From the NCBI GenBank assembly GCA_963734215.1, contig CAVTGH010000006.1, positions 69,453 through 133,452 of the forward strand: a DNA stretch of 64,000 bases, given 5' to 3'. The position numbers and the translations under genes were made by a program. Under the pieces are notes generated by a model. That model was not told the origin of the DNA, searched no databases, and saw only the letters and a program-made list of their open reading frames with translations. Within the stretch, counting starts at the first letter, position 1. The number at the start of each line of letters is the position of its first letter. This DNA is from an uncultured Acidobacteriaceae bacterium (GTDB lineage: Bacteria > Acidobacteriota > Terriglobia > Terriglobales > Acidobacteriaceae). This document shows, piece after piece, positions 62,246 through 64,000 of the stretch.

Positions 62246-63280
62246 CTATTGAAGCCAACCCTCGGACTTCAGCCGTTGCCAAGACGCTTCGATACGCTGC
62301 TTTGTAAAAGTCCTACGCTTATGTTCATTCCAGGAATGAACAGCGCTTGTTACGTTGTCCGGCCTCACCCGTCCTTCCGCAACGGAATCGTGCATTACCA
62401 CCCAATGAACAGTGGACAACAATTCCAAGCCGTAGGGTGTCTCATAACCCTCAATCAATGACGTGACGCGGTCAAGCCGCTGCTGCGTGTCGGCATCATT
62501 AGCGAGAAAGCTCTCGGCCTCTTTTACGGCATCGGGATACAGCTCAAGGGAAACATCGCGGCTCCGGTCGCCATAACCCCTGACGAAATGCCCCTCCATA
62601 GCTTGCAAGACGTGATGGAGATTTTCTGCATAGGGGCCGTATTGCTGTTTCACAAACTTAAATCGCAACGGTTCTCCGGCCTCTTGCATGAAGTAGGCTA
62701 ATTTTTGAATTTCCAAAAGGGTCAAGCGGTATTCGGGAAGCACGTAGCGGTTCAGTACCTCCAAGATGACTGCCCGTCCAGGCGTCATGCTGGGCCGCTT
62801 CGTGGCAATCTTCATTTCTACTGCCTTGGGAGCACCTTCGGGGTAAAACAATTGCACGTTCACATCGGGTAGTTCCGAGAAGGCTTGCGTAATCAATGGC
62901 CGGACATCCCCCCAATCCAATCCGCCATTGCCACACCCGAGCGGAGGCACAGCGATTGACTTGATGCGTTCCTTCCTAACTACTTCAAGCAGGGCTTTGA
63001 GCCCAGACTTGATGTCCTCGATTTTTGACTTCCCCTTCCAATGTCTCTTTGTGGGGAAATTGATTATGATTCGCGGGTTGTTCTCGCGGTGGAAGACAAA
63101 CATTTTTCCAATCTGAACCTCACCGTGCTTGCACGCGACTTCATAAGCGGCGTAGTTGTCCGGGAAGGCTAGTTTGAATTGCAGAGCTATCCCCTTGCCC
63201 ATTACGCCAACGGTGTTCACCGTGTTTACAAGGGCCTCGGCATCTGTTGCGAGAAGGTCCCCATCTGCGCGGAAGATCAT
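62246..63280 (-). CDS. darG: DarG-like antitoxin (N-terminal macrodomain plus C-terminal DarT-binding-type domain)
   Basis: GDLLATDAEALVNTVNTVGVMGKGIALQFKLAFPDNY...IINFPTKRHWKGKSKIEDIKSGL...IAVPPLGCGNGGLDW. Confidence 0.85.
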   Translation of the reverse strand: MIFRADGDLLATDAEALVNTVNTVGVMGKGIALQFKLAFPDNYAAYEVACKHGEVQIGKMFVFHRENNPRIIINFPTKRHWKGKSKIEDIKSGLKALLEVVRKERIKSIAVPPLGCGNGGLDWGDVRPLITQAFSELPDVNVQLFYPEGAPKAVEMKIATKRPSMTPGRAVILEVLNRYVLPEYRLTLLEIQKLAYFMQEAGEPLRFKFVKQQYGPYAENLHHVLQAMEGHFVRGYGDRSRDVSLELYPDAVKEAESFLANDADTQQRLDRVTSLIEGYETPYGLELLSTVHWVVMHDSVAEGRVRPDNVTSAVHSWNEHKRRTFTKQRIEASWQRLKSEGWLQ

Positions 63281-63281
63281 T

Positions 63282-63893
63282 TCAGTAGTACCAAGCTCTT
63301 CTTATTGAAACCGGAATGTTTCTGCCCGCCAAAATTTGGTTTACTTTTTGCGCGATGGCAGTATTGTATACGCCTATTTCCGAAAACAGCTTCCACGGGA
63401 AAAACTTGTGGACCAAAAATTCAGCTTGTCGGCGGCGGCATCTATCCGGGTACTCATCACTATCAAACCAATACCTGGAACCCATCAAAGGCCAATCGAT
63501 CTTATCCAGGTCCGCGAAGTCATCAAAAAAGTCCGTATAGTCCATGACGGCGTGCCCTTCGGTAAAAACCCACTCCAACCCTGCGGCGTCAACTGCTTCC
63601 GTGGACGAAACTAAATGAACGACTGGCTCTTGTCCTCCCGTATAACCTACGACGTTACCCTTGTTAATCGTAAAGAGCATTGGTGAGCGTGGCGCGAAAT
63701 AGAAAGGAACATAATCGGCAACGACCCCAACGGGTCCACACGGGACCTTTTTTCTGAGCCTCCTGTCCTTGATGTTCCTGTGTCCGATATTCACGAACTG
63801 GATACTCTTAGCATCGCGGTCACAGAACAGCCCGCCTGTCTTGATGATTCCAGGAAGGTTGTCAACGGGCGTAATGTGATAGATCGGCGGCAC
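63282..63893 (-). CDS. darT: DarT (DUF4433) ssDNA ADP-ribosyltransferase toxin
   Basis: PPIYHITPVDNLPGIIKTGGLFCD..., YVPFYFAPRSPMLF, VFTEGHA, RRRQAEFLVHKFFPW. Confidence 0.85.
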   Translation of the reverse strand: MPPIYHITPVDNLPGIIKTGGLFCDRDAKSIQFVNIGHRNIKDRRLRKKVPCGPVGVVADYVPFYFAPRSPMLFTINKGNVVGYTGGQEPVVHLVSSTEAVDAAGLEWVFTEGHAVMDYTDFFDDFADLDKIDWPLMGSRYWFDSDEYPDRCRRRQAEFLVHKFFPWKLFSEIGVYNTAIAQKVNQILAGRNIPVSIRRAWYY

Positions 63894-64000
63894 GGCAGAA
63901 TCTTAACCTTAACAAACGATTCCCGCACGCGGTTTTCACCCTCGGATCACCCAAATTTAACATCTTTCGCCATCCCTTCGCTACACAGTGAGTGCATGGG

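Noticed and set aside
62034-62282. 82-aa ORF between darG and the Zn-ribbon-HTH gene as a possible MqsR-like toxin.
   Set aside because: It overlaps the darG 3' end, has no RBS, has low-complexity Ser/Thr/Leu composition and shows no RelE- or MqsR-like motifs.

Overview
High-GC bacterial chromosomal segment of about 60% GC (hand-counted on a few lines only). It is probably Acidobacteriota. That is an inference from three things: a giant CarboxypepD_reg-type TonB-dependent receptor, a Gloeo_Verruco repeat protein, and many REP-like hairpins of the type CCACCCTTC-N7-GAAGGGTGG. Housekeeping blocks are metK-ahcY, rodZ, lpxD-lnt-prfB (classic +1 frameshift), rarA, tsaC, ispG and rseP-dxr-cdsA-uppS. 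They are interrupted by lower-GC accessory islands (about 50% by eye). Island 1 (3.0-6.7 kb) has a lipase-like hydrolase. Island 2 (14.2-25 kb) has a divergent Amt-family transporter with a long C-terminal extension, coupled to a frameshifted retropepsin-like gene. It also carries a PD-(D/E)XK gene, a TetR gene, an unannotated 58-aa double-glycine Cys/Thr-rich peptide gene, and convergent dcm-vsr and FRG-DUF262 operons. Island 3 (45.3-49 kb) has TacAT-, BrnTA- and Gp49/HTH-type toxin-antitoxin pairs. Island 4 (60-64 kb) has a SIR2-like gene, a Zn-ribbon-HTH gene and darTG. Mobile DNA comprises a partial IS481 at the left edge and two near-identical IS256-family copies, each with its own target-site duplication; one copy is frameshifted. 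Several other genes are frame-disrupted: a SpoU/TrmH methyltransferase, a YafQ-like toxin, a GxxExxY gene (through an 8-nt tandem repeat) and the retropepsin. A tRNA-shaped locus with a 41-nt insertion in the anticodon loop sits beside one IS256 copy. The best candidate for an undescribed system is the FRG-DUF262 pair convergent with dcm-vsr. All family calls rest on motif recognition by eye; no searches were run.
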